Source: Leucoraja ocellata
Lineage: Eukaryota
NCBI GenBank assembly: GCA_036785375.1
Contig: JAWMAR010000276.1
Location: 1,054,001-1,118,000 of the forward strand
DNA: 64,000 nucleotides
Direction: 5' to 3'
The stretch's first letter is position 1; every line of letters begins with the position of its first letter. The notes beneath the pieces were generated by a model that searched no databases, was not told the DNA's origin, and saw nothing but the letters and a program-made list of their open reading frames with translations. Made by a program: the position numbers and the translations under genes. Positions 12,501-24,899 of the stretch are shown piece by piece.

Positions 12501-15500
12501 GAGTAAATGTATTGATGAGCTTTCCCGATCACTGCATTAGTGTCAAAGGACCAGGTTAGGTTGTTGCTGATACAGATACAAAGAAACATTAAGCTGTCGA
12601 CCATCTTCACAGCCGCTCAGTTAATGAGGACAGGGTTGGGTTCATCCCCTCACCAGCCCTATTTCCTTAGGTCAACGATCAACTTTGGTAACAGTCCTGG
12701 GACTAGATAATGGAATCGCCAAATGAGGAAGAGTTAAGAACCTCTGTGAAAGTTTTGTGTAGGTGGTGCTCATCTCCGCTGCACAACCTCAACCATAAAT
12801 AGACTTACCCTGAAACTGTAACTTGTCATCAGCGATAGAGATATTTTGGGAGAGCTGTTTTCAGAAAGATGATTTCCGCAATCTTTCAGAGAACCATTCA
12901 GATCCACGTCTTTGTCAGATGGACTTTGCTTTTTACAAAACTGTATGCCCTTGCTTTGCTGAATGAGGTAATCTGCTAACCCATTCTTGTTAATGTTGAT
13001 GATATTATAAAGCAGAAAAGATCAATCATTAACATGCCATCCTGATCATTCCCAGTTGGACCTTGAAAGCTCAGACATCCGGACTTAATAACACCAACTT
13101 TCCCATTGCTATCCAACTCCTGAACTAATCATCTCATTTCACACCCCTTTCCCCAGAGGTGCTGCCATGTAATCTTATTCTTAACTCTATCTCACTCGTT
13201 TTTCCACTTTTACACTTTTTTTGTACTATTTTCAGATTGTACTATAATCTTTACACCATTCTCATGTTTTGCATTTGCCACTGCATTTATTGTTCATGTA
13301 TTTATTGTTTACTCTATGAGCTTCATGCAAACTAAGAATTTCAGTGTCCTACTGGAGTCTATAACAATAATCTAATCTGTATTTTCATTATTTTGAACAA
13401 CAAATGAAGCCTCACTCTTTGAGAACTTTTCCCAGGATCTTCATTGGCTTTTCAGGCCCAATGGGTTTTTACAAGTTGAAATCAAACTCCAGTTTTTATC
13501 AAATTCAAATGGGGTGAAATGGCATTATTAACTGGCCAAGCCAAAATATTCTGATTGATAACTTAAATTATATTTGTACAGAACTTTGTACATTTATACA
13601 AAAGGAAAACGGCTTTGAGACGACGCAAACTATAAATTATTATTAATACTGCAATTATACTTTGGTAATGATTAATTGGAAGAGAAAAGAAAGTGTAAAG
13701 TGCAGGGAAATTAATAGTTGTAAAAAGTTTCTATAAATAAAATGATTAAATGTATTGAACTTGAAATCGTTCTGGAGAGTTGTTTAAATCGACCATGCAT
13801 AACGTGATTTAACAATTCCAATTTTCCACAGATCATAAATGGAGTACCTGGATTTCCATTTTACTTTCCATAAGTGGAGGAACAGCTTGCCTTTTCCCTC
13901 TTGTGCTCTTCCTTATAAAATGTGCATGCAGTAAGTGACTTCACAGCCAACTTTCCCAAAAGCAAACAATCCAGTTTTAGGTGTAATCCTGATTCTGTAC
14001 AGTGATTCTCCCTTCATTAATTCCGTGTTTGCATCTATTGTCCCACTTTTTAAAATTGACATAATAATATGAAGTAAATTATTAGATATGTCTACTTTTG
14101 AAGCTACATAATATATTCCTAACATGACATAAGATATCTAGTATTATGTTGATTCACATGCTTGATCAATGGTGTTTTATCATTAATGTTTTATTATTAT
14201 TGTTTAGTGTTTTTTGAGTCGTTCGTAACTGTCAATGTATGTCATGTTGTTACTTGAGGGCAGAGCACGAAGGTAAATTCCTTGTGTGAATACTTGACCA
14301 GTAAACCTACTTACTTACTTACTTACTTACTTATAATATAGTTCACTTTACTACAGACTTTAAAACTAATTATTCCACTTCATTATTATTTCTCATAGAA
14401 AGGAAAGGAATGCAAGAGCAAACAAGAATTCAAAGTAATCGAACTTTGAACCTTGAATGGAATAACATGGTAAATATTTGATTTTTTTTTAAAGATAATG
14501 TATATTTAGTCTTCTTTGGTTACTTATTCAACGCAAATGTTGGACTGTCTGTCCCTTCTCAGAATTCTCTGGGATTTCCACATAAACAGACCAAGAGAAG
14601 CAGGCTTGTGAGTTTGAATGTATGTATGACAATGTTTAATAGCCTGATGTGGACCTTGGATACTCCTGCAAAGTTTTAATTGCAATTACAAAATCAAGCA
14701 AACAGCTCATTAGAAATAGAAACATAGAAACATAGAAAATCGGTGCAGGAGGAGGCCATTCAGCCCTTCGAGCCAGCACCGCCATTCATTGTGATCATGG
14801 CTGATTGTCCCCAATCAATAACCCGTGCCTGCTACTAGTAGGCTAGTCCTGATACTATGTATCACATGGTGAGGAAACAGTAATTAAATGAGTGATCCTA
14901 TGGATTTTTTGGTAAATAGTGTAACAATAATAAATGAAACAAAACTAGGTGATTCATCAATGGTAATGCCATTAAATGTCAAGGGTAGGTGGTTACTGTC
15001 ACACTTGTTGGATATGGTCAGTGCAAATGGTTAATTTCGCTTGAAGTGGCAAACGATTGTTGGGCATAGCACATTGCCTGGAGGAACCCCTGATGAGATA
15101 TCTGATGACTGGTATAAGTGATCAGCAGCAAAGTACCATTTTGCTTTCTTTGAAGTATGATTGCATATTGGAGTGCTTTCTCCTTGATGCCCATTGACTT
15201 TTGACTGGCCAAGGATCTAGAATATCGTACCTGGCCATCTGCAAAGTCAATCTTCTCACCTCTGAAAGGTGATGAGGACAGGAGCTGTGAAAATCTGGCA
15301 AAACCTAAACTGGACATCAGTGAACCATTTATTAGAAAGTCAGTGCAGCTTCACTGGCGCTTCTCAATGCTTTGTTGATGACTGAGACTAAGATGACTGA
15401 GAACATGCTGAGTGGTTGGCACATTAAACCATTAGAAGTTAATGCACTATGTTTTGCTATTTTGTAGAATGAAACCAATGAGGAAGAGATCTGCTATGCC

Positions 15501-15611
15501 AAACTGCAATGGGCAATGACACGGAGAGCTAGAAAGGAGGAGGAGGAGGAGGAGACTGTGTACAGCCCAGTTCTTCAGTGGAAGACTAATGGAGAGGGCA
15601 GCTGCAAATAA
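3571..15611 (+). CDS. Inhibitory IgSF receptor, VJ-C1-TM-ITIM-ITSM (CD28/PD-1/NKp30-related), 6 coding exons, 345 aa
   Basis: Exons 3571-3619 (leader METSFYIILQLLIPFA), 4958-5317 (V), 8149-8463 (C1), 13832-13930 (TM), 14399-14469 and 15468-15611 (tail, TAA). All introns are GT-AG with compatible phases 1,1,1,1,0; total 1038 nt. AATAAA at 15629 and 15643. Confidence 0.85.
4958..5317 (+). CDS. Exon: IgV domain with in-exon J-like segment
   Basis: QQP..G.SISLHC...VKWF...DVQVSDNGIYCCEVIRLAPPPTLTGKGNGTLLNV. Has the B-strand Cys, C-strand Trp, DxGxYxC and GxGT. Acceptor ttctcag, donor G|GTAATT. Confidence 0.92.
7517..8123 (+). mobile_element. 5'-truncated L2-clade LINE 3' end with (TTA)n tail and 7-bp TSD
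   Basis: LHWLP..RI.FKI...GDRAFAVSAPRLWNELP; AATAAA followed by (TTA)n; TAATCTA duplicated at 7510-7516 and 8124-8130. Confidence 0.88.
8149..8463 (+). CDS. Exon: Ig C1-set domain
   Basis: ITCLAYGFYPNIITFW...NPNGTY...FMCVVQH are C1-set signatures. Phase 1-1 exon. Confidence 0.9.
9960..10420. repeat. Polypyrimidine (C/T) low-complexity tract
   Basis: About 450 bp that are almost entirely C/T. Confidence 0.9.
11740..12700 (-). mobile_element. Rex1/Babar-like LINE 3' fragment with a nested Penelope-type repeat (approximate)
   Basis: Minus ORF GCISEWYGICS.LD..NLQRV.NT.QSITG resembles the Rex1 RT C-terminus. Confidence 0.6.
13832..13930 (+). CDS. Exon: transmembrane helix of the VJ-C1 receptor
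   Basis: DHKWSTWISILLSISGGTACLFPLVLFLIKCAC, with no charged residue in the hydrophobic core. Acceptor ttttccacag, donor A|GTAAGT. Confidence 0.8.
15468..15611 (+). CDS. Terminal exon with ITIM (ICYAKL) and ITSM (TVYSPV)
   Basis: NETNEEEICYAKLQWAMTRRARKEEEEEETVYSPVLQWKTNGEGSCK*, followed by two AATAAA. Confidence 0.85.
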   Translation, partial: NETNEEEICYAKLQWAMTRRARKEEEEEETVYSPVLQWKTNGEGSCK

Positions 15612-16584
15612 TGAAACCATTCAATACAAATAAACGTGCTTGAATAAACCTTGGATCAAACCTTTGCATCCAAATCTTCCTATGTGATCATTCTCAATGT
15701 ATTTCTCTTAATTCTGTTTACTTTGTTGATTAGATGCAATTCATGTTTGTAGGTTTTCCAACATTCCTCTTTGAGCTGTGCTTGGGTGAATATTTTGCCT
15801 GTTTTGTATGAGCTGCCTTTGAGCTCCTTTCACCTTTATGGAAGTTCTAGTTTTGTCATCAGTGGTGTCCCAGTGTCATGTATTATTATGTGCAAGCATA
15901 CAATCATGTGCATGTAACCTAAAACAATGATTATTTTAGCCACTGTGTAAATATTTTTTTTAAGAATCTTTAAAACCAAGTATCTAAGTGCTTCAGCTAG
16001 AATTAAATATAAATCCTAACAAGGACCAACTTGCTGCGATTATTTCCCTGCCCACTAAAGCACACTCTTGGAGTAAATCACAGATGTGAAACTCTTCAGG
16101 TCAGCTGATATCAGGTGAACACAGCAAAGGCCAACACAGCCAGAAAGACCTTTGTGTTTGTAACGGGCAACTCCACCCACAAAACCACTTTGATAGGCAA
16201 TTGGACATGCACAGCTTAAGCCCCCAGGAGTCTGCAGCTCTTGTGTGGCCAAACTCAACAACCGATGGATTCAGGGGGAGCTCGCTGAGCCAGTCCGTCA
16301 CAGCCAAACTCAAGACCTGGCAGATCTCCACTTTATGGGTTACATATAAGAACAAAATTGAACTGCATCACCATCTAAAAATTTTACTTCTACGTTGAGC
16401 CATGTTTTTAAAGATTGCCAAGGCTTACTGACATTCAGTGATCACTCTATTCACATATTGAGCATAATCGTCACACCAGCCTACTCTGCCCCAAACCCCA
16501 CTCCAAATTCCACTTTAAAATTAGTACTGCAGTCAAAAGCGGTTACATTTGTCAGCATCTGATCTGCAGTAAATTTCTGAATTT

Positions 16585-17460
16585 TACTTCGGAGTCACGT
16601 GAGTGACTACGTGAAGAAGGCCGTCCTGGCGCACGCGCGTCATCTCGTCAGACGCATTGCGCTGCGTAGGAGGACAGACCTCCAAGCGGTGAGTGCAAGA
16701 AAACCTGAACGTTAGTATTTTACTTTCATTTCAGGCTGCTTTCCTCCGTGGAGACCGCGTGCAGAGACACAGGCAAGTCTTATGTATGGAGAAGGGTGGG
16801 AGGAAGAATGGTAAGTGCACCGCAGTAAGCACTCAATAAGACGAAGTGTCTGAGAGTAGCGGGCGCCCAACTAAAAAGTCGATTGTAAAGAAATAACTTT
16901 TACACGGGGGAAAAAGTCCCGTTGTAACTCCCACAGGAAACTGGTGAAGGAACAAGTCGTTTGTACCCGCATACACGATATTGGCGTACGACCCCAGGAT
17001 GTGGAGGACATGGTTATTCCCACAAGGGGCAAGGTACAAAAAGTGACACCAGCAAATCCTTAGGTAGGTGGTTCTGGTTCTGAGACAAACATATCAAATG
17101 TGTCCTATTCACAAATTGGGGGAAAATTACAATTCTTCCTAATAGAAGGGCAACAAATAACATCTGATGCCTATATACTGTGCAGTATAATGGGGTTTAG
17201 AATTGAATTCTACCAAAAAGTGAAAATTCCCCTACTCAACATATTCCAAAACGAATACATGTTCTCTAAAGAAGAGATTAGAATTATTCAAGTAGAACTT
17301 GACATATTGAGTAAAAAAGGGGTAATTGAGAAAACAACTTATCAAAAACCACCAGTGCATATCTAGTATTTTCTCTATACCTAAAAAAGGATGGTGGCAG
17401 TAGAATCATTCCGACTTTACAAGTCTCAACATTTCAAAATGGAGACATTTACTTATGCTT
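16585..17460 (+). mobile_element. DIRS-like retroelement relic (approximate)
   Basis: IGGKLQFF...ITSDAYIL..IMGFRIEF...ELDILSKKGVIE, then a frameshifted SIFSIPKKDGG.R, as in DIRS RT N-termini. 5' hairpin cttc..gtcacgtgagtgac..gaag. Confidence 0.65.
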
Positions 17461-19109
17461 TGCAGTTAAATTCAACAAGCGATCTCTCTGTCTCCATCAC
17501 AGGGGACAGACTACGAACTAACGTCCACTACAAACGATTAGGTTAATTAGCCTTTGCAAATCACCCTTCGTGTAGAGAGTTGACGAGGAAGTGGAATAAC
17601 ATTGATCTGTCTTGAATAGGCGGTTAGTGGAATAAAGGGCCTGTTTCAATCAAATAGTTGTACCATAAACTTTCTGCACTTGCAGAGTTAATGAAAACAA
17701 GTATCCAATGTTCTTGTTTGATAATTTATTTAATTCTTCTATTTGGCTGAAGATGGTGCCTGATCCGGGACGTCGGCTTCACATGTTCTCCAGAAATAGT
17801 GTCTGACCCGCTCGGTTACTGAAGCACTTTATGCCTCTTTTTGTAAAGTAGTTCCTTGTGGCAACAATTTATCTACATGTGTTGTTATAGTTGGGGATCC
17901 TTACATATGGGCATTGAAGCCCGTCTGTTCCTCAATACTTACCATTTACTGTGTATGGCCTTATCAGTCCTCCTAAAACATAAGACATATCCCCTAACAT
18001 GGTGAATGCGGATGTGAAACGTCCACATCCTCACATCGGGCACACTGGTCTCGACGGGGCCCTAACTGAAACTGCCCGGACACAATGAACTCTACCGTAA
18101 TGTGACCGGGTTAACAACTAAGTACACCGTTTTCAGGGCATGGTGCGGCGTGTGACCCAAGTACCCGGTAAAATGCTACCTCAGCCGTTGCAGAAATTAT
18201 CCATGAGTTCTATTTTCTTAAATGTGAAAGAGGGTGGATCCGCAGAACTGCTTCCGTGTTGCCATTGCGCACACAAAATTAGCTATTTATTTATTTTGCA
18301 CAGCGTTCTGCTGTAAACGAAAAAGTGTTTAACCTTGTGGAGGTGGCCGAGTTATTTCTGTTTCGGGGGTTTTAGTGTCCGAAAAAACCAAGGGGAGAGG
18401 CTCAATCCGATTAAAATAACGTGTGTATTTAGATCATCGTGGATAAAAGCTGATAGATCACTGTGTTGGAAGGAACTGCAGATGCTAATTTAAATCGAAG
18501 ATAAGACACAAAATGCTGCAGTAACTCAGCGGGACAGGCAGCATCTCTGGAGAGAAGGAATGGGTGACATGACGGTCTGAAGAAGGGTCTCGCCCGAAAC
18601 GTCTCCCGTTCCTTCTATCCAGAAATGCTACCTGTCCCACTGAGTTACTCCGGCATTTTGTGCCTCACTGTTGGTCCCGCCTTCACATTCACCGCCTCGA
18701 CGTTTCAAGTTCAAGGGCGGGGAGGGTTGGCGAGAAATAGGAGCGGGGCACAAGGGGGAGGGGAGGAGGGGAGGAGGGGAGGGGGGGAGGGGGGAGGGGA
18801 GGGGGGGAGGGGGGGGGGGGGAAGAGTTGTACGGGGCGGGCACAAGGGTTGACGAGGAAGAGATGACGGTGCGGGAAGGGAAGGGCGCAACAGATTTTAT
18901 CGCGCATCAGCCTGGTGTTCAGTAACGTGTGTTGTTTACCAGAGTATATGTTTCTCAGCAGAGTGATGCAAGAGGTGGAGACCAAAGACGGACGGGACCA
19001 ATAGGATACGTCCATAGGCTCCACCTCTAGCTTATAATGTCTCTGTGTGCTTGTGTTTGAAAACAAATTCATTGAAACGCAAAGAACTACACACTGTGGC
19101 TGACAAACC

Positions 19110-20130
19110 AGACTCAAAGTGCCGGAGAAACTCGGCGAGTCGAGCGATAACTCTGGAGAACGTGGATGAGTGACTTTTCAGTCAGGACTCTTCTTCAGGC
19201 GGATTGAAATGGGGGTAAAAGAAAGCAGGGAGCGAGGAGACGCTGGACGCAGTGTGGCAGGTGATGGGGAGACTCTGGCGATGGGGTTTTTTTAAAGCGT
19301 GGTAGAAAAGGAGGGCTATGGGGTAGGAGGGAGGCGGTGGTTTATAGGGGTTACCTAAAATTGGAGATTTAAATGCGCATACAACTGGGTTGCAAGTTAT
19401 CCAAGCAGAATGTGAGGTGTTGGCCCTTCAGTTTGTATGTGGCCTCGCTCTGGCAATGGTGGAGGTCTAGGAAAGAAAGGTCAGTGTGGGAATGGGAAGA
19501 GGTGAGGGGGAGGGAGGGGTTAAAATCAAAGATCTTAGAGCGAGGGTTAAAATGGTGAGACACCATTGAATGGTGAGACACCGGGAGATCCAGTAGGCCT
19601 TTGCTGTCCAAGCGCAAGTGTTCGGCAAAATGGTCATCGATTCTGGGCTTGTTCTTGGCAATATGCAGGAGGCCACGTTAGGAACACCAGATGCAGATGA
19701 CGAGATTAGAGAAGGTGCACGTGAACCACTGTCTTACTTGGAAGCACTGCTGGGTGCCTGGATGGAGACGAGGTTGGATCGCCTGTGAATGTAGATGCAA
19801 ATACCTGGGAATGGAGTGGATTGGGAGCGAAGGGATGAGTGAAGCAAGGAGATGCGAAGGAAGCGGATCTGTGGAAGGCAAAAAGAAGTGGAGATGGGAA
19901 GATGTGAGTGGTGGGATCATGTTGAAGGTGATGGAAATGTCGGAGAAAGACGTGTTGGATGCAGAGACTGGTGGGGTGGTTGTGAAGATCAGGGGAACTA
20001 TCCTCGTGTTGGATATGCAAGAGTTTTAGGGAAGAGGGGTGAAACATGGTCTCTGATACCTCTCTGCCCTAAATTCTATCTCTCCCCATTTCTTGATCTG
20101 TCTTCATAACAGGGGACAGACTATCGACTG
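19110..20130 (-). mobile_element. Penelope-like element fragment (GIY-YIG region plus terminal repeat; approximate)
   Basis: Minus frames FQVRQWFTCTFSNLVICIWCS..GLL and HCQSEAT.KL..QHL.F.L..LQP..M.I. Confidence 0.75.
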
Positions 20131-20137
20131 ACATATA

Positions 20138-21011
20138 GGGAGGTTTCACGGCAGTCGGGTCACGACCCATGACCCGTACTGTTGCTACGCTACTCCAAAT
20201 GGATTACACGCGATGTACTGCAGGTAGGCACTTACCATTGTTTCCAGCGTAGCGGGCCCGTTAAAACCCGCTGAAATTGTCAATTTTAGCGCTGTAAATA
20301 ATTATGTTAATCGGGACAAGCGTGAGAGACATTTAGCCTACTTCAGAATTCCAAAAGTGAGGCGAAATGACGGTAGATAGAAACAAGAGCTGAAGGGACA
20401 ACAACAGCCTGAGTGCTTGGCGAACATTGGCCGTTTGCTCACTGCATTTCATCAACGGTAAGGCATTATTTGTGTTTTTTCTTGATCCCTTTGGCATCTA
20501 AAAAGTTTCAGAAGTGATAAATCTGGCTGTAATTTTTTTAATCGCCCATGGTTCTCGTGGGTTTTTACATACAAAATGAAAACGCATCTGAAGAAAAATT
20601 TACAGCCAGATTTATCACTTCTGAGAATTTTTAGATACCAAAGGAATCAAGGAAAAATACAAATGATGCCTTACTTGATGAAATGCAGTGAGCAAACGCG
20701 ATAATTCCCAATATTTTCAATGTTTACCAAGCACTTTAGCTGCTGTTGTCCCTTCAGTTCTCGCTTCTCTTTACCTTCATTTCACTTCACGTTTGGAATT
20801 CTGAAGTTGGGTGCATGTCTCTCACACTTACTCCGACTCCCACAATTTTTTTCAGCGCAAAAATTCAACATTTTGGCGGTTTTTAACAGGTAGGAAAGTA
20901 CTCGTTTCTAGCATTAATAACATATACCGGAAGTGACGGATGTCTTCCAGTTGGATTTAGCGGATCTGTGCGTCGTGCCCTATGACCCTTGCACCTTTCG
21001 TGCAACCTCCC
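20138..21011. mobile_element. Foldback MITE with TA-flanked TIRs
   Basis: TA|GGGAGGTTTCACG ... CGTGCAACCTCCC|TA; internal arms of ~300 bp (~20270-20560 and ~20585-20885) are inverted copies. Confidence 0.85.
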
Positions 21012-21159
21012 TATTACAATAAGGTTAATGGGGCTCTGTATATTACCCTTCTTGTGTAGGGAGTGGATGAGGAAATGTGATGAGTTAGAACTGGTGTGAA
21101 TGGGCATGGAGTTGCGACAAAGTACTTGGTGCCGTTTTTTGTTTTCAACGAATCAATCA

Positions 21160-22070
21160 AATAATTTAGATGATGGATTTGATGGCAGTGGCCATGTTTG
21201 TGGATGATACAAAGATATGTGGAGGAGTAGGCAGTATTGAAGCAAGGCGTTTGCAGAATGACTTAAGACAGGTTGGAAGAGCGGGCAAAGAAGTGGCAGA
21301 TGGAATACAGTGTAGCAAAGTGTGCGGACACGCACTTTGGTAGTAGGAATGAAGGTGTAGATTATTTTCTAAATGGGAATTCAGAAATTGGACGTTTAAA
21401 TGGACTTGGAAGTGCTGGTGCACGATTCCTAAAGGGTTAATTTGCACGTTAAATTGTTAGTAAAGAAGGCAAATGCAATGTTAGCATTTATTTGGAGAGA
21501 ACTGGAATATAAAAACAAGGATGGTAATGCTGAGGGTTTATAAGGCACTGTTCATACCGCATTTGGAATATTGTGAGCGGTTTTGGGTCTCGTATTGGCA
21601 GAGGGATGTGCTGGCATTAGAGAGGGTCCAGAGGAAGTTTACGAGAATGATCTTGGGGATGAATGGGTTAATATGTGATCAGCGATTGACGACACTGGGC
21701 CTGTATTTGCTTGAGTTTACAAGGATGAGGGAGGGGCCTAATTGAAACTTACTGAATAGCGAAAAGCAAAGATATGCCTGCATAGAATGGATGTGGACAG
21801 GATATTTCCACTAATGGGGGAGTCTGGCACCAGACCTTAGAATAAAAATAAATATATTTAGTCAGAGGGTGGTGAATCTGGAATTCATTGTTGCAGACGA
21901 CTATGGAGGCTGTCATTGGGTATTTTAAAGCAGAAATTGGCATAAGGGTGTCAAAGGTTACAGGGAGAAGGTTGGCGAATGGAATTGAAAGTGATAGATT
22001 AGCCAGCATTGAGTGGTGAAGTAGACTCGATGAGCCAAATGGTCTAATTCTGCTCCTATAATTTATAAAC
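21160..22070 (+). mobile_element. CR1 LINE 3' fragment (approximate)
   Basis: MLRVYKALFIPHLEYC..FW....DVLALERVQRKFTRMI. Confidence 0.85.
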
Positions 22071-24899
22071 TTACGAACTTCTAAATGGTTGTACGGCAAC
22101 CTTTCTACCCTTGCAAAGCGAATGAAAACTAGTATCCAACGTGCTTGCTGGACAATTTTTCTAGTTATTCGACTTGAAGAAGGGTCCTGACCAGAGTGTG
22201 GTATTTCCATTTTCTCCAGAGATGCTGTCTGAGCCGCGGAATTACTCCAGCACTTTGTGTCACAACGTTTGCAGCCCCTTGTGTCTATAATGTATCTACT
22301 TGTGTTGTTACAGTTGGGGATCATTTCATATGCGCACTGAAGTCCGTCGTCCCTCTGTACTTGCGGAGTTCTACATTTTACCGTGTATGACCTTCCCCGT
22401 CTCTCAAAATACATCCCCTAACATGGTGAATACAGATGAGAAATGGCCAAGTCCACGCTTATGGCTACACACTTGGCTCGATTGTGCTCCACGGAAACTG
22501 CCCGAACAGTGAACTGTCTCAACGAAACCGAGTTAAGAACTTAATGCACCATTGTCGGGGCAAGGTGCAGCGTGTGATCCGAGTGCCCGGAAAAAGGCTG
22601 CCTCGACCGTTGCAGAAATTGTCTATGAGACGCATTTTATGAAATGTGGCGAATCAGGACTTTTGAAACTCGTCAGAGAAAAACAAGTGGGCGTGTGGCA
22701 TATTTGCCGTTGTGAGTGGTGATATTGCTGTTTGTTTCCTGGTTTCCTTTATTAACTTTGCACCGCGTCCCGCTGCGAAAACGCTGTAGAGATGACCGCG
22801 ATTTTTCAATATGAGGGTTTTAGTGTCCTGACAACCCAAAAGGAGAGAGGACAAATGCAACCCGAATAATTAGTGAGTGTGTTTCGGTTGACGTGGCATG
22901 AAACTGATAGTTCGCTGCAAAGATCTATAAAATCTTTGGTTCGCTATTGGTTTCATATTCACGGCTCGAACATTCAAGGTTCAAGGGCGAGGAGGGTGAG
23001 CGGTGACGGATCAAAGGGGGGGAGCGGGGCGAGGGGCAAGGGTTTGGGGAGGAAGAGTTGCGCGGGACGGGCGGCAATGGGCAGGGAGGGAAAGGGGACG
23101 GGACAGGGCAAGGGGAGGGGGAAGCGGGGACGGGGCATGCGGAGGGGGTGGTACAAGGGGAGAAGGACAGAGGGGAGGATGAGGAGCGAGTGAGGAAAGA
23201 GGGACGCGATGAAACTATATAGTAATATGCAACAGATTCCACAGACTGGTGTTTAGCGAGGCCGTGTTGTTTACCAGAACACTTTACAAACTGCGCGACC
23301 CGATGAGTTGCTCCGGACCGGAAGTTTGTGTATTTTGCTATGTAAAAACAGCATCTGCATTTCCTTGTGTCAATAACCGTGCTGCTGCCGTTGTTGGGTG
23401 ATTGTGAAATGTGACCTCTAGGTCCCTTTGTTTCTCAGTATTCGTCCTCACAAAACGTATCAACTAATATGGCGAATACAAATAAACATGTTTAATCCTC
23501 TCTTGCGACCTCGGGCTCCACACACGGTTGAGTCCTGCTCTTCCCCGCCACTTTCTATAGGCGGGGCAGCAAAATGTCTGACTGTAAACAAGTTGTTTTC
23601 TGTCCGGACACAATAAACTCTACCGCAATGAGAGCGAGTTAACGACTTAGTACAGTGTTCGGGGATTATACAGCGTGTGTGACCCAATGATCCGCACTAT
23701 GATCCGCCGACCACTGCAGACATTTGTATACGTCGCATTTTATAAAAAAGTTTGAGTGTTAGGCCGTTTGAAACTTGTCAGACAAGAAAAGCAAGAAAAG
23801 ACAAGGAACTGCAGATGCCAGAGAAAGATACACATAGTTTGGAGTAACTCAGCGGGTCGTGCAGCATTTCTGGAGAACATGGATAAACGAATCTTAAGAA
23901 GGGTCCCGAAACAAAACGTCGACCATCTATGTTCTCCAGAGAAGCTGCCTGACCCCAGCCTTTTGTTCATTTATAACACTAATAAACAGATGGAGTCGTT
24001 GAGGGTCTTTCGGCTTCGTTTCCGCACAGCCCCCTGCCGCGAATGACGGATGTGGTCGAACCGAAGACGGTACCTGGCTCCGGACAACCCAAAGGGAGAG
24101 GATAAATGCGATCCAAATACTTTGTGAGTTTGTGTTTGGATCATCTTGCTTTAACGCCGATAGTTCGCTGTTGGGTTCACCTTCGCATTCGCGCCCCGAA
24201 CATTTCAAGTTCAAGGGCGAGGAGGGTAGGCGAGGGAGGGCGGAGGGGGGTAAAGCAAGAGAGGGACGTGGACGTGAGTGGGGGGGTGGGGGAAGGGAAG
24301 TAAAGGAGATGAGCGGTGGGGGAGGGAGAGGGAAACCGGGCCGGGGCGGGGGGGGGGGGGGGTGGGGGTGAAATAAGGACTCAGGGAAGTGAAGAAGAGT
24401 CGCAATGAAATGAAACAATCTGGTCGACACAGCGATAGAGTTGCTGCCTCACAGCGCCAGAGACCCTAAAAATAAAATAGAAGGCAAAGGATCCCACCGC
24501 GGACCAGCCTGGTGTTCAGTGAGGTGTCACACAAAATGCTGGGGTTACTCAGCGGCACAGGTAGCATCTCTGGGGAGAAGGAATGGGTGACATTTGTGGT
24601 CGAGACACTTCTTCAGATTGAGAGTCAGGGGAGAGAGAGACTAGAGATATGTAGAGTAAAGTGTGAAATGCTAAATGCATTTCGTTGTCTCTGTACTGTA
24701 CACTGACAATGACAATTAAAATTGAATCTGAATCTGAAAGCAACTTCCTTGAGGCGTGTTGTTTACCAGAACCCATTTATATATATATTTCTCGGAAATG
24801 TTACGCAATTGGTTAGAGGTGGAGCTAATGGGCTGGACCAATAAGATACCAACCACCTCCTTCCCCTCCCCCCCCCCCCCCCCCCCCCCCACTCTGAGC

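Noticed and set aside
21749-24430. Long ORFs of 100-220 aa in the triplicated region
   Set aside because: They cross TE junctions and G/C tracts, have no domain motifs, and their frames are not conserved between copies.
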